From positions 288,001-352,000 of the forward strand of contig CAXXHG010000043.1 in the NCBI GenBank assembly GCA_963666315.2: a stretch of DNA of 64,000 nucleotides, written 5' to 3'. How positions within the stretch are numbered: position 1 is the stretch's first letter; every line of letters starts with the position of its first letter. The DNA is from Candidatus Binatia bacterium. Lineage in GTDB: Bacteria > Desulfobacterota > Binatia > Bin18. The notes below the pieces were generated by a model. It was given only the letters and a program-made list of their open reading frames with translations. It was not told the DNA's origin and searched no databases. Positions 54,479 through 64,000 of the stretch are shown here, piece by piece. A program made the position numbers and the translations under genes.

Positions 54479-55321
54479 TTATTTTTTGGCTCCAGCACCT
54501 GCCGGCAACAGTGCCTCGGCCTTGGCTTTGACCTCTTTTGCCAGGTCTCGCCGACCGGTGAGAAGGTAGCGCCGAATCGCCTGGTCAAAGGACTGCTGGG
54601 CTTCCTGTTGCTGTCCTTGGTGAAAATACGCTTCTCCCAGCCCGGCATATGCCTCAGCCTTATCAGGATTGCCGGCCAGGACGGCAGTAAACGCAGTCAC
54701 CGCCTGGATGTACTGCTGCGTCGCGACATAGCCCTGTCCCAACTCGAGTTGCGTTTCAATACTGTGTGGGTCGGCTTGTGCCGAAGCCTCATAAGCCTGT
54801 ATGGCATCGTCTACGCGGCCGTCGGCTTCGTATGCCCGTCCGAGTTCAAGCTGGGCAACGCTCGATCCTGGATCAACGCGTACCGCCGCTTCTAACTCCT
54901 GGCGTGCGGCGCTCGGACGGTTCTGCTGCCTGGCGATCGTACCGCGATTGACGTGATAGGTGCTGAGCGCACGCTTTGCGCCGGGATGATTCGCATCGAT
55001 ATTGAGTGCATCCCGAAACTTTTGAGCGGCAAAATCATTATTCCCCAATTCATTGGCTAAAGCACCGATACGATAGTGCGCCTCCGCATTATTGGGGTCT
55101 TCCTTTATCGCTTTTTCATACTCACCCATAGCCGGGCCAAACAGTGTCCGTCCTTCATATTTATGGGCCGTAGCCATGAAGTCCGGGTTTTTTTCCGCAG
55201 CGCAGGCCGAGAAAAGGACACCGAAAGCGAGAGCCAGGACAAGAACAAGGAACAGCAAGGGAATGTCTTGAAAGCGTGGTCTCATAGCGTCTATTAGGCG
55301 GTGTCGAGACCTTGGTGTCAA
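54479..55321 (-). CDS. TPR-repeat lipoprotein (start uncertain)
   Basis: Lipobox-like FSAC; repeated DP...AH/AY..LG TPR motifs. Confidence 0.85.
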   Translation of the reverse strand: MTPRSRHRLIDAMRPRFQDIPLLFLVLVLALAFGVLFSACAAEKNPDFMATAHKYEGRTLFGPAMGEYEKAIKEDPNNAEAHYRIGALANELGNNDFAAQKFRDALNIDANHPGAKRALSTYHVNRGTIARQQNRPSAARQELEAAVRVDPGSSVAQLELGRAYEADGRVDDAIQAYEASAQADPHSIETQLELGQGYVATQQYIQAVTAFTAVLAGNPDKAEAYAGLGEAYFHQGQQQEAQQSFDQAIRRYLLTGRRDLAKEVKAKAEALLPAGAGAKK

Positions 55322-55462
55322 GGAAGGATGGTGACTCGAATATCGTCCGGTCGTGTCTCAGTAGGATTGTTTCGTATGGTTTTTCAACGCGGTCGCTCAA
55401 CGGGAAAGAGGGGCACCTACTTGCTTCCTCCTGGGCCGATATAGTATCGGTTCTCTTCTATT

Positions 55463-56695
55463 ATGACAGTCACGGCCGCGCTGATTTCGACCGCGCTTCC
55501 TGAAGCGCTTTCTCCACTCACACAATTTGGTGGATTATCCCTCCTCAAGCGCGCGCTCCTCACTGCGCAGCGCTGTGGGGCAAAAACTTGTTATGTCTTG
55601 ATAGACAAAAATGCTCAAAAAGAGCTGCAGCGTGCGCTCTTTAATGACAAGCAAGACAAGCGGCTGACTGCCCAGGTTGTCTGGGTTCCGCACACAACCT
55701 CGCTCGCGGAAACGTGCGTAGAACGGCTGCCTTCCGGCGAGGGGCACTGTTTGGTGTTTTCGTGTGATACGCTTTTCCAGCCGACTTTGGCTCAGATGCT
55801 CGAGCAGCATGTGGGCCAACAAGAAAAGGAAGAAAGCTGGCAGGTGCACGGTGGCACGAACAACGCCGCCCTCTCCCTCGTGCCGCTTGCACGGCTCCAA
55901 AAAGAAAAAGAAGAAAAGACTGACGGACTCAACCCCCTCTCACCTGGTGAGCACTTTTTCTATCGTTTGACTGCACAGAGCTCTTTGGCCAAGGTCGAGA
56001 AAACCTTGCTCTTCGCCCTTGAAAATCCGCACGACGGCCTGGTTGACGCCTATCTCAATCGAAAGTTTTCGCGTCTTCTGACACGCTTCTTCCTGCGTAC
56101 TCCGCTCACCCCAAATCAAATCACTGTGCTCTCGTTTTTGACTGGCCTCATTGGGGCAAGCTGCTTTCTGTTGGGGAGTTATGCTTGGGCCGTGGCGGGT
56201 GCCCTCCTCCTCCAGTTTTCAACCGTTATGGACTGCGTGGACGGTGAGGTCGCGCGGGTCAAAATGCTTGAATCGCCGTTTGGCGAGTGGCTGGACATCA
56301 GCCTAGACACGGTTGTCCATATTGCAATCTTTCTGGGCGTCGGCGTGGCTGTCTGGGAACAAGATGGACTTGCCGCAGCACCACTTCTGGGTGGGATGCT
56401 GGCCGCTGCTGCGTGTATCTCGTTTCCGCTCATTACCATTGCTGAGAAGACCGAAGAACAGGGACGGCAACGTGCCGGCTGGGCAGATGTGTGGCTTGAC
56501 AATATGGTCGCTGGGCTGACCAGTCGCGATTACTCCTTGCTGGTCCTGCTGTGTGCTATTGCGGGCAAGCTGGCGTGGTTCCTTTGGGCTGCGGCCATAG
56601 GTGCCCAAGTGTTCTGGCTGACCCTGGCCCTGCTGCTGTGTAAGGCAGGTCGCTTGCGCACGTCTGTCCTGTTTGCCTCTTCTCCTGAGGGGTAA
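55463..56695 (+). CDS. CDP-alcohol phosphatidyltransferase with degenerate N-terminal NTP-transferase-like domain
   Basis: TPNQIT, DCVDGEVAR...SPFGEWLD; N-terminal GGLSLLKRALL. Confidence 0.88.
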   Translation: MTVTAALISTALPEALSPLTQFGGLSLLKRALLTAQRCGAKTCYVLIDKNAQKELQRALFNDKQDKRLTAQVVWVPHTTSLAETCVERLPSGEGHCLVFSCDTLFQPTLAQMLEQHVGQQEKEESWQVHGGTNNAALSLVPLARLQKEKEEKTDGLNPLSPGEHFFYRLTAQSSLAKVEKTLLFALENPHDGLVDAYLNRKFSRLLTRFFLRTPLTPNQITVLSFLTGLIGASCFLLGSYAWAVAGALLLQFSTVMDCVDGEVARVKMLESPFGEWLDISLDTVVHIAIFLGVGVAVWEQDGLAAAPLLGGMLAAAACISFPLITIAEKTEEQGRQRAGWADVWLDNMVAGLTSRDYSLLVLLCAIAGKLAWFLWAAAIGAQVFWLTLALLLCKAGRLRTSVLFASSPEG

Positions 56696-57883
56696 TTAGG
56701 CTATCGTTCCAGCTGCGTGCAGTTCAGCCAACTTTTGTGCAGAAACGCCGAGCTCTGCAAGAATCGCATCCGTCTGCTCGCCGAGAAGGGGAGCCGGCTG
56801 ACGGAGAAGTTCGGACGGTGTTCCGTCAAATCGAGCTGCCGGACGCGCTTGGCGCATCTTGCCCGCATGCGGGTGCTCGGATTCAACAATTAAGTTGTTG
56901 GCCAGGACTTGGGGATCGGTCAGCACGTCTGCCTTACGGTTGACCGGAGCACATGGCACTTGCTCAGCGTCAAGTCGTTCCAACCATTCAGTCGAGCTTC
57001 TGTCTTTCAAGACCTCGGCGGTCATCTCCAACCGAACGTCCGCATATTTGACTCGACCTGCGGGGGTGCTGAATCGCTTGTCTTCTAACCATTCCGGTCG
57101 GTCCAAGGCGCGAACCAAACCCTGCCATTCCTTGTCGGAGACCGCGGCTGCAGTGATATAGCCATCCGTGGTTTCGAAAATAAGGTCACGGGTATCCGGC
57201 GGTCGAGCCACTCCAATATCCGGACCCATAAACGTGTATTGGGCCATGCCCTCATGCCACAGAAAGGACACCACGGCATCCAGCATGGCTAGCCGGACAT
57301 GTTGTCCCTTCCCCGTCCGTTCCCGTGCGAGGAGCGCCGCAGTCATGGCTTGGGCGGCCGTGAGCGCGGTTACCTTGTCCGGAATGATGAGGCGCATCAT
57401 ACGCGGCCGACGCGTTTCCGGGTCGGCCTGAATATCCGTCAAGCCGGACAGCGCCTGAATGACCGGGTCGTAGACGCGTTTGTGAACATACGGCCCTTTT
57501 TCGCCAAAGCCGCTAATCGACACATAGATGAGATCCGGTTTCACCCTTCGCAGGACCTGCTCGCCTATGCCCATGCGCTCAGCCGCACCAGGTCGGAAAT
57601 TCTGTACAAATACATCTGCGCCGGCGACGAGCTGTTTGAGCAACTCGACCCCTTTTTCATCTTTCAGATTCAATACAACCGAGCGCTTATTGCGATTTAA
57701 AGTGGAAAAGAAGGGTGACACACCACGTGACTTTCCACCTAATGCACGGGTCAGGTCGCCCGTGCCTGGGGGTTCGACCTTGATGACATCAGCACCCTGG
57801 TCTCCCAGCATCATGGTGGCCATAGGACCTGATAACATCTGGGTCACATCGATGATTCGATAACCAGCCAACGGTCCAGGCAT
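56696..57883 (-). CDS. CoA transferase family III (CaiB/BaiF)
   Basis: GADVIKVEPPGTGD, NRNKRS, QNFRPG, APLLGEQT. Confidence 0.95.
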   Translation of the reverse strand: MPGPLAGYRIIDVTQMLSGPMATMMLGDQGADVIKVEPPGTGDLTRALGGKSRGVSPFFSTLNRNKRSVVLNLKDEKGVELLKQLVAGADVFVQNFRPGAAERMGIGEQVLRRVKPDLIYVSISGFGEKGPYVHKRVYDPVIQALSGLTDIQADPETRRPRMMRLIIPDKVTALTAAQAMTAALLARERTGKGQHVRLAMLDAVVSFLWHEGMAQYTFMGPDIGVARPPDTRDLIFETTDGYITAAAVSDKEWQGLVRALDRPEWLEDKRFSTPAGRVKYADVRLEMTAEVLKDRSSTEWLERLDAEQVPCAPVNRKADVLTDPQVLANNLIVESEHPHAGKMRQARPAARFDGTPSELLRQPAPLLGEQTDAILAELGVSAQKLAELHAAGTIA

Positions 57884-58002
57884 GGGCGTTCTCCTGTGCA
57901 CTGTCCGGCAGTAAGACTTGCTCTGGTTTTGCCCCAATCAGTCCTGACCTGTCAAGCGCTAGGGAGGGACGAAAGAAAAGGAGAGAAAATGCTACAGCGT
58001 GT

Positions 58003-59158
58003 TTAGGCAGCCGTACGCACCGAGTGTTGGTTTGGAAAAACTCTTTTGAGCTGGTCGGCAAGAATGTCTGCTGTAAAGGGTTTGAGTAAATAGCCGCTTA
58101 CCCCCGCCAGAGCGGCTTCCAGGACTTCATCCCGGGTGGCTGTACCGGTCACCAGAAGGAAAGGAATAGCCTTGAGTTTCTCATTCGCACGAATGGTGCG
58201 CAGGAGCTCAATGACCGTCATGCCCTCGAGACTCCAATCCGCGATGACGAGATCCGTTCGGGCACCCTTCAGTGCTTCAAGAGTGCCGGCTCCGTCCTCG
58301 ACTTGTCGGATGTGTGTGATCCCCTGCTGCCGTAAGAGCCCGCACAAGGTCTCGCGCGTCGAGCGCAGCTTGTCCACCACAACGACGTGAGGGGAAAAGG
58401 TGGAACGGGTGGACACTGAAGGTTGTGTTGTTTGCTGGGCTGACGATTTTTCCTTTTGCTGCCGGAAGCCGAAGAGGACTTCCTCGAGAACTTTGAGCTC
58501 ACGCTCTCATTCTGTCAGCGCGTCCGGGGCTTTTCCCCCAATTCTCTGCTCGTCCAATCTGTTCAAGCCGGAAGGCCACCTCATATCTCGCTGTTGCATC
58601 GAGATTCGCTGCCGCTCCTTTGATGGAGTGTGCTTCACGCTCCAGGGTCTGGGCATCCTGGTCTGTGAGTGCGGCGTAGAGTCGAGCCAGAATTTTGGGA
58701 TGCTCCTCGAGAAACAGTTCGACCGTCGCTCTGAGTAATGGTCCGTCCCCATCCATATGAGATAGGGCTTGCTCGACATCGAAGAACTGGACCACTTCCT
58801 CAGATCGGACGGAGTCAGCGTCCCAGTGCCAATCGATGTATTCTGGCGCTGAAGGCTTTTCCCGGTCTGGCGTTTCCGGCTGCGGTTGCTCTGCCGGTGG
58901 AGACTCGGCGACGTGGCTTCCCGTCCCCCGCGTGTTCTCAGCGTCGTCCGGTTTGTTTTGCTCTGGGTCGACGTCCTCACCCATCTCAGTATCAATATAG
59001 ATTTCACCCGCCCCACAATCTTTTACGGCTTGGACTTCATCCTCCTCCTTGATGAGATGCTGATTACGGAAAAAAGGATGTTTTATCCACGAAATATTCT
59101 TGATTTCCGCGATACACATGCCCGGTTTGAGTTGGTCGATAGAGATCTGCCTTTTCAT
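58003..59158 (-). pseudogene. DUF3391-Hpt-receiver (CheY-like) fusion with a frameshift (~58533) and a nonsense codon (58509-58507)
   Basis: IDQLKPGM...WIKHPF...IYIDT (DUF3391); AHSIKGAAANL (Hpt); after the shift APDALTE*ERELK runs in frame into LVIADW...KPF (REC). Confidence 0.78.
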
Positions 59159-59196
59159 ATCGTTGCTCAAGAAATAGTTACTATTGGCTATCCTAT

Positions 59197-59977
59197 ACCT
59201 AATGTGCAACTCGTAAGGTCATGATCCATTGGGCACTTTCTTCGTAGAATAGTGGCTACCACACTCGCTATTCGCAGAAGGAGTCCTCCAATGGATCGAG
59301 ATGAGTTTATCATTCTTGTGGCAGATCAAAGCAGCTATCCAGCAGCGCTTGACCCGTGTGAGCGGGCAAGCTGCCGACCCCGTCCAGAGCATTGATATTC
59401 TACCCCTGCCGGTCTGCGGCTACACCCGCAGCCGCCGCGACCGCTGTTTCAAAGCGGTCACCGACTACGGGCATTGTGCCGCTAAGCAACTGGATTACTA
59501 CGGGTTTAAGCTGGGCCTGCGCATCGCCCGGTGCGGGATGATTACCGATTTCCCCTTGTTGCCCGCCCGGCCCCATGACATCCGAGTGTTGGATGAGCTG
59601 CTTGAGGGCTTTGCCGGCCTCGTGCGTGCGGATAAAGGCTTTATCGACGCCTTCCGCCACGCCCTGCTGGCCGACCGGGATGGCGTCGTGGTGGTGACCC
59701 CGCCTTGCAAAGGGATGACGACCCCCCACAGGCCCCCGCTGTTCAAGGTCTGTGCGCGGCTGCGTAAGGTAATCGAAACGGTCGGCTCGCACCTGACCGA
59801 ACGGTTTGCTGTGACCCGCATTCGCGTTCATGGTCTCTGGCACTTTCAACATCGGCTCATCCGTAAAGTGCTGGCCCACACCGTCGGGGTGTTTCTCAAT
59901 CTGCACCTGGGGCGACCGCCCCTTGACCTCGATGGCCTCGTGGGAGGATAACTTCGAAAAGAGTCGCACATATAGGT
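59197..59977 (+). mobile_element. IS982-family element, internally deleted
   Basis: IR-like ends ACCTAATGTGCAACTC and ACCTATATGTGCGACTC; IDILPLPVC, YYGFKL, ADKGF, RKVIETV; MDRDEFII start fused out of frame to the mid-gene. Confidence 0.88.
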
Positions 59978-60103
59978 GTCCTAGATATAAATTAGCTAAC
60001 GGCGGGCAGTCGGAAAGATTAAAGATGGCCCGCCAGTGAGCCGTAACGTGAAGAGCCGAGAGGAATGGCGGAAGGGGAGAACTAAAGAGGACGTGATGCT
60101 TCC

Positions 60104-60607
60104 TTATTCCGGTACTTCGGGCGAATGAGCAAAATCGTCCGAGGTAAAGGCCTGGAAGGCGAAGATCCATATCGAAGCAAGACCCCAGATCAGGCCGACA
60201 ACAACCCCAGCGTCAACAATTCCTCGCCAAGGCTGGGCCAAGTATGGCAAAAAAATGACAAACAGGACTATCATTGTTGTGAGGGCGAAAATGAACATTT
60301 GGCGACGTCTCTGAACATGAAAATAGCCCATGCAAAATATAGGGGCCAAAAGAGTATGCAACAGATTTGGGTGCTCGAACAGATATTTTGCGCGTGCTAC
60401 TACCCGAGGCGAAAAGCCGCGTTGAAAGCCGGAGTAGCCCTCGGAGTAAGCCATATAGATCACATTCAGTACCAGAGCCAGCCAATGGTACCAGCTGAGC
60501 TCGTAACGCAATGCGTCAAGCGCAATAGAAGACAGTCGAACTGTTGAATAGCTCAGTAAGAGGCTCACGCCGGCAACACCCCACACCGCTCCAAGACGTC
60601 CTAACAT
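60104..60607 (-). CDS. Hypothetical membrane protein
   Basis: MAYSEGYSGFQRGFSPRVVAR, QPWRGIVDAGVVVGL; several TM helices. Confidence 0.78.
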   Translation of the reverse strand: MLGRLGAVWGVAGVSLLLSYSTVRLSSIALDALRYELSWYHWLALVLNVIYMAYSEGYSGFQRGFSPRVVARAKYLFEHPNLLHTLLAPIFCMGYFHVQRRRQMFIFALTTMIVLFVIFLPYLAQPWRGIVDAGVVVGLIWGLASIWIFAFQAFTSDDFAHSPEVPE

Positions 60608-60787
60608 GAATCTGTGTGTGCCTCCGAATGTGTTGTGAGAGCTATTCCCAAGAATATTCCCAGCGCTACTCTATAGCCGGGTTTTCAGCAAAGGCTTGTC
60701 CATCTCTTCTTGTTGGTTCCGGCTCCAGGCCGGAGCATAATGTCCTGCCGTTTGGGAGAGGTCAAGAGGTGGCCCACTCTCTCTTAC

Positions 60788-61606
60788 TTAGCTCGCAGCG
60801 GGCTTCCGGGCGCGGACAAAGGCGCTTCCGAACTTGCCGTCTATCTGTGCAGCCGCTGTCTCAATATCGATGCCTCTGTCGAACAAATACTCACGCGCAT
60901 CTTCCATCCTGTAGATGCGCGTGGATTCAATATCGATGGAGGTAAAGCCAGCGCAAGTAAGCTTGGTGCGATACTCCTGTTCTGCCAAGACTCCGGCGAT
61001 ACAGCCGATCCACAATTCGATGTTGCGGCGAATTTTGTCTGGGACCTCGCCTCGTACGACAATGTCAGAAACCGCAAAGCGTCCGCCGGGTCGAAGCACG
61101 CGAAAGGCTTCAGCAAGGACGCGATCTTTAACTGACGATAGGTTGATGACACAGTTTGAGATAATGACATCGACCGAGTTGTTAGGAAGCGGAATCTGCT
61201 CAATCTCGCCCTTGAGAAACTCGACATTCTCGGTTCCAGCCTTGCGCTGGTTTTTGCGTGCTAAGTCCAGCATTTCGTCCGTTATATCCAGGCCATAGGC
61301 TTTTCCTGTGGGGCCGACTCGTCGGGCAGACAGCAGTACGTCTATGCCACCGCCCGAGCCGAGGTCAAGCACGATCCCACCTGGATGGAGCTGAGCGAGC
61401 GCTGTTGGATTGCCACACCCGAGCGAGGCCGCAATGGCCTCTATGGGGAGTCCGGCAACCTGGTCATCTGAGTACAGGTTTGAGGTAATGGGATCGTTGC
61501 TGACTGCGGTCGCTTCACCACAGCTGGCCCGATTGCCCTGAGCCGCCTGCAAGGCCGCCTTGGCGTACACTACCTGAATTTGCTGTTTAATATCTTGGCT
61601 GTGCAT
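60788..61606 (-). CDS. arsM: Arsenite S-adenosylmethionine methyltransferase
   Basis: SLGCGNP, LDLGSGGGID, SNCVINL, WIGCIAG. Confidence 0.92.
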   Translation of the reverse strand: MHSQDIKQQIQVVYAKAALQAAQGNRASCGEATAVSNDPITSNLYSDDQVAGLPIEAIAASLGCGNPTALAQLHPGGIVLDLGSGGGIDVLLSARRVGPTGKAYGLDITDEMLDLARKNQRKAGTENVEFLKGEIEQIPLPNNSVDVIISNCVINLSSVKDRVLAEAFRVLRPGGRFAVSDIVVRGEVPDKIRRNIELWIGCIAGVLAEQEYRTKLTCAGFTSIDIESTRIYRMEDAREYLFDRGIDIETAAAQIDGKFGSAFVRARKPAAS

Positions 61607-61687
61607 GGCGTTCTCCCTCTAAAGTACAGTGCTGGCTGTGCTGTTTTCAGGGGGCGAAACAGCCGGCGTCCCCGCGACCGAGGGGGC

Positions 61688-62332
61688 TTACGTGGGTGGA
61701 GTGCCGGTTGCTTCGAGCGGTGCGTTCCGCTGCCGCTCGCCTCGCAGCCATGACCGCAGGGCTTGAAAGCCGCGCTTGGCAAGGCGGAACAATTTGGGAA
61801 TAAACCAGACGGCAAACAGGAGGAAGAGGATAAGAAAAGTTACCATAGTCCACGGATGCTGGAAGCTCAACCACAGGCCGGCGATAACTGCCAGGTCTTC
61901 CCCAATACTCACAATCCAATTACTGAACGGTTCGGGGCTGGTATTCACGGCAAGACGGGCCGTTGCCTTCGTCCCGTGTGAAACCAGGGCGACGGTACCG
62001 CCGCCCAGCATGGCTGCCAGCTCCAATGCCGGAGCGGTATCCCCGACCGCGCCTGCTGCGAGTAACGCGCCTGCCGGTATGCGAATAAAGGTATGGATGC
62101 TGTCCCAGGCATTATCGACATACGGAATTTTGTCAGCAAAAAACTCTACCAGATACATGAGGCTGGCAACGCCGATAACGAACGGGTTGGCGACCGTCTC
62201 CTGGAGTTCCGGCGGAAGATCGATCATCCCGGCGTGATGTGCCAGCCCAAGGACGGCAACGGTCGCGTACAGGTTGATGCCGGAAGTCCAAGCCGTTCCC
62301 ATGGCAAGGGCCAAGGTCTCGACAGTACCCAT
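61688..62332 (-). CDS. DUF4126 membrane protein
   Basis: SGINLYA, EFFADKIPYVDNAWD, SPEPFSN...ED. Confidence 0.9.
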   Translation of the reverse strand: MGTVETLALAMGTAWTSGINLYATVAVLGLAHHAGMIDLPPELQETVANPFVIGVASLMYLVEFFADKIPYVDNAWDSIHTFIRIPAGALLAAGAVGDTAPALELAAMLGGGTVALVSHGTKATARLAVNTSPEPFSNWIVSIGEDLAVIAGLWLSFQHPWTMVTFLILFLLFAVWFIPKLFRLAKRGFQALRSWLRGERQRNAPLEATGTPPT

Positions 62333-62519
62333 GAAATACTCGTCCTTTCTGTCAGACCTAGTCTCTCAGACCTGGTGGAATGAGCCCACATGCCGTTGGG
62401 TGCAGTAGGACAAGGTATACCACCCTCAAGATGAAAAGAGCAATGCTGAATGGCTGAACGAGAAAAGTCGCCTGCCTGCCAGGCCAAGTCAGACTCGGAC
62501 GAGAGAGGCGGAATGCTGG

Positions 62520-63254
62520 CTAGGTTTTGTGTACTGCCGGGGATGTTGCTGATGCTGCTGCGGCAAATTGTTGCAGATGGCATTCGGAGGGATATGTTGC
62601 TTGGTCGGGAAAGACCGCAAGCTCCTCTGCGGAAAGAGGATAGCGGAGAACCGGACGGGAGCGAAAAGTGGCGGAGCGGATCTGTTCCTGTCTCATCAGA
62701 ATTTGGCTGACATAAAGTTGGGTCACTACATAGGGGTGATACTCGCGCTGTATCAGGCGAACCGGACCCATATTATAGGCCGCCAATGCGGTAGGCAGAT
62801 CAGAAAAGCGGGTCAGCATAGTCTTCAGATACAGGATGCCGCCGTACACGAGAAAAGGAAGCTGTTGAGCATCCCGCGACAACCCCACTTCTTCCAGTGC
62901 AATAGGTTTAATCTGAAAGGGTCCACGACTATCCCCTTTGCCAATCCGAAAAGGATCTGTGGGGTGACTCTCTTGTACCAGAACAGCGAGTGCTAAAGCC
63001 TCATCGACCTCAAGCTGTTTGGCGAGACAGCGTGTGTAGCCCTCCAAAGTCAGAGGGGACTGAACCGAGGCAGGGAGCTTCGGTGTGGGCATTCCCTCTA
63101 TTTCTTTCCGTTCCTCTTGGAGCATGCCTAGACTGGCAGGGTGCAACGGGGCCGTATCCTGTTGCACTGCCAGAGAAAAGAGTCCTTGTAGTGCCAGCCC
63201 TAGAACAAGGCAGCGAGAGAGAAGTGGACCGGTGGAAGAGCTGGAAGCAGCCAT
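62520..63254 (-). CDS. Lytic transglycosylase (SLT domain)
   Basis: VLVQES, GPFQI, ALAAYNMG, TQLYV. Confidence 0.82.
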   Translation of the reverse strand: MAASSSSTGPLLSRCLVLGLALQGLFSLAVQQDTAPLHPASLGMLQEERKEIEGMPTPKLPASVQSPLTLEGYTRCLAKQLEVDEALALAVLVQESHPTDPFRIGKGDSRGPFQIKPIALEEVGLSRDAQQLPFLVYGGILYLKTMLTRFSDLPTALAAYNMGPVRLIQREYHPYVVTQLYVSQILMRQEQIRSATFRSRPVLRYPLSAEELAVFPDQATYPSECHLQQFAAAASATSPAVHKT

Positions 63255-63533
63255 AATACTACGCCCCTTTAGAATAAATATACCCTTTCTCAGGCGGAGA
63301 ATGAAAGTCTTGACCTCTTACAAAGCATCGGGGAGAACCGTGGTTAGTAAGCCGAGCGGTTGTACGTAATCCCGCAGGCCGAGCGATTATCGCCGAAGCC
63401 GTGCTGCCTGATCCGTCTGCGATAACCTTTGCCACGCGTTCACGACGCGATGATCAGCCGTCTGGTTTTCTCACTAAAAGATCTACTGATCCCGTGGCTC
63501 GCAACTGAGTGGTTTGGCTGTCTGGCGGTTAGA

Positions 63534-64000
63534 CTATAACGAAAACCACATTGTCTCGGGAAGAAAACGGTCGGCAATGTTGAGGTAGGTCTGCTTATTC
63601 ATAATCCAGGCGGTAAAAGGTTGGGCGCGCGGTGTCATGAAAAAAGCAAGCAAGGTTGCTGCGGTCATCATCAGCGAGGTGCGTGCATTATTGAAATCTG
63701 CGATTTTGAATGCCGTACCAAATGAGCTTTTGAGCCGCGTATTGAGAAAATCCACGCTAAACAGTTCGTCGAGCAGCAGATGCAGGATATAGCCAAAAAG
63801 GATGAAGAAGCCGATCGACCAGGCGAATAAGGCGTTGAGCTCAAACACAAAGTGGCTGAGACTCGTGGCCAGGAAGCAGAAAAAGAGGGCGGCGACAAGT
63901 GAATGAAAGATACCGCGGTGGATGGTGAGTTGGGCAAACAGGCGACAGGCCAGATAGCGTATCGCCCCATACGACACAGCCCAGACCAGCCAGAGTTCGA
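63534..64000 (-). CDS. Metal-dependent membrane hydrolase (YdjM-like), 5'-partial
   Basis: HRGIFHSL, GYILHLLLDE; frame runs off the window edge. Confidence 0.8.
   Translation of the reverse strand, partial: ELWLVWAVSYGAIRYLACRLFAQLTIHRGIFHSLVAALFFCFLATSLSHFVFELNALFAWSIGFFILFGYILHLLLDELFSVDFLNTRLKSSFGTAFKIADFNNARTSLMMTAATLLAFFMTPRAQPFTAWIMNKQTYLNIADRFLPETMWFSL

Noticed and set aside
58507-58509. In-frame TGA as a second selenocysteine codon
   Set aside because: It lies in a helical Hpt tail where Leu fits (TELERE), not a Cys site; I saw no SECIS-like hairpin, and a frameshift lies just upstream.
63260-63530. Riboswitch or ncRNA in the intergenic region upstream of the SLT gene
   Set aside because: No consensus I can match by eye; an Rfam/Infernal scan would be needed.

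Overview
A bacterial chromosomal segment spanning the replication origin. Gene order (parB followed by atpF'FHAGDC, a separate hemL-atpZ/I-atpB-atpE block, dapL) suggests a Deltaproteobacteria-like organism; Binatia-like is my inference, not established. oriC (~27.55-27.83 kb) looks intact: AT-rich DUE, DnaA-trios plus GGCC plus DnaA boxes, and seven tandem DnaA boxes at 11-bp period. The adjacent dnaA is wrecked by a frameshift, a Walker A substitution and loss of most of the AAA+ and DNA-binding domains. Other highlights: (1) a selenocysteine peroxiredoxin with a SECIS-like hairpin, translationally coupled to gyrA and missed by the ORF track; (2) a sodium:solute symporter fused to two C-terminal winged-helix domains, beside a MetE-C/epoxyalkane:CoM-transferase-like Zn enzyme; (3) a membrane-anchored ParA-like ATPase with an internal deletion; (4) a decayed DUF3391-Hpt-receiver fusion; (5) a tRNA-Arg 3' fragment resembling an att scar; (6) IS630, IS30 and IS982 remnants. 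Clean internal deletions and single-base frameshifts recur across the window, pointing to genome erosion, assembly error, or both. All calls come from motif recognition by eye; no searches were run.
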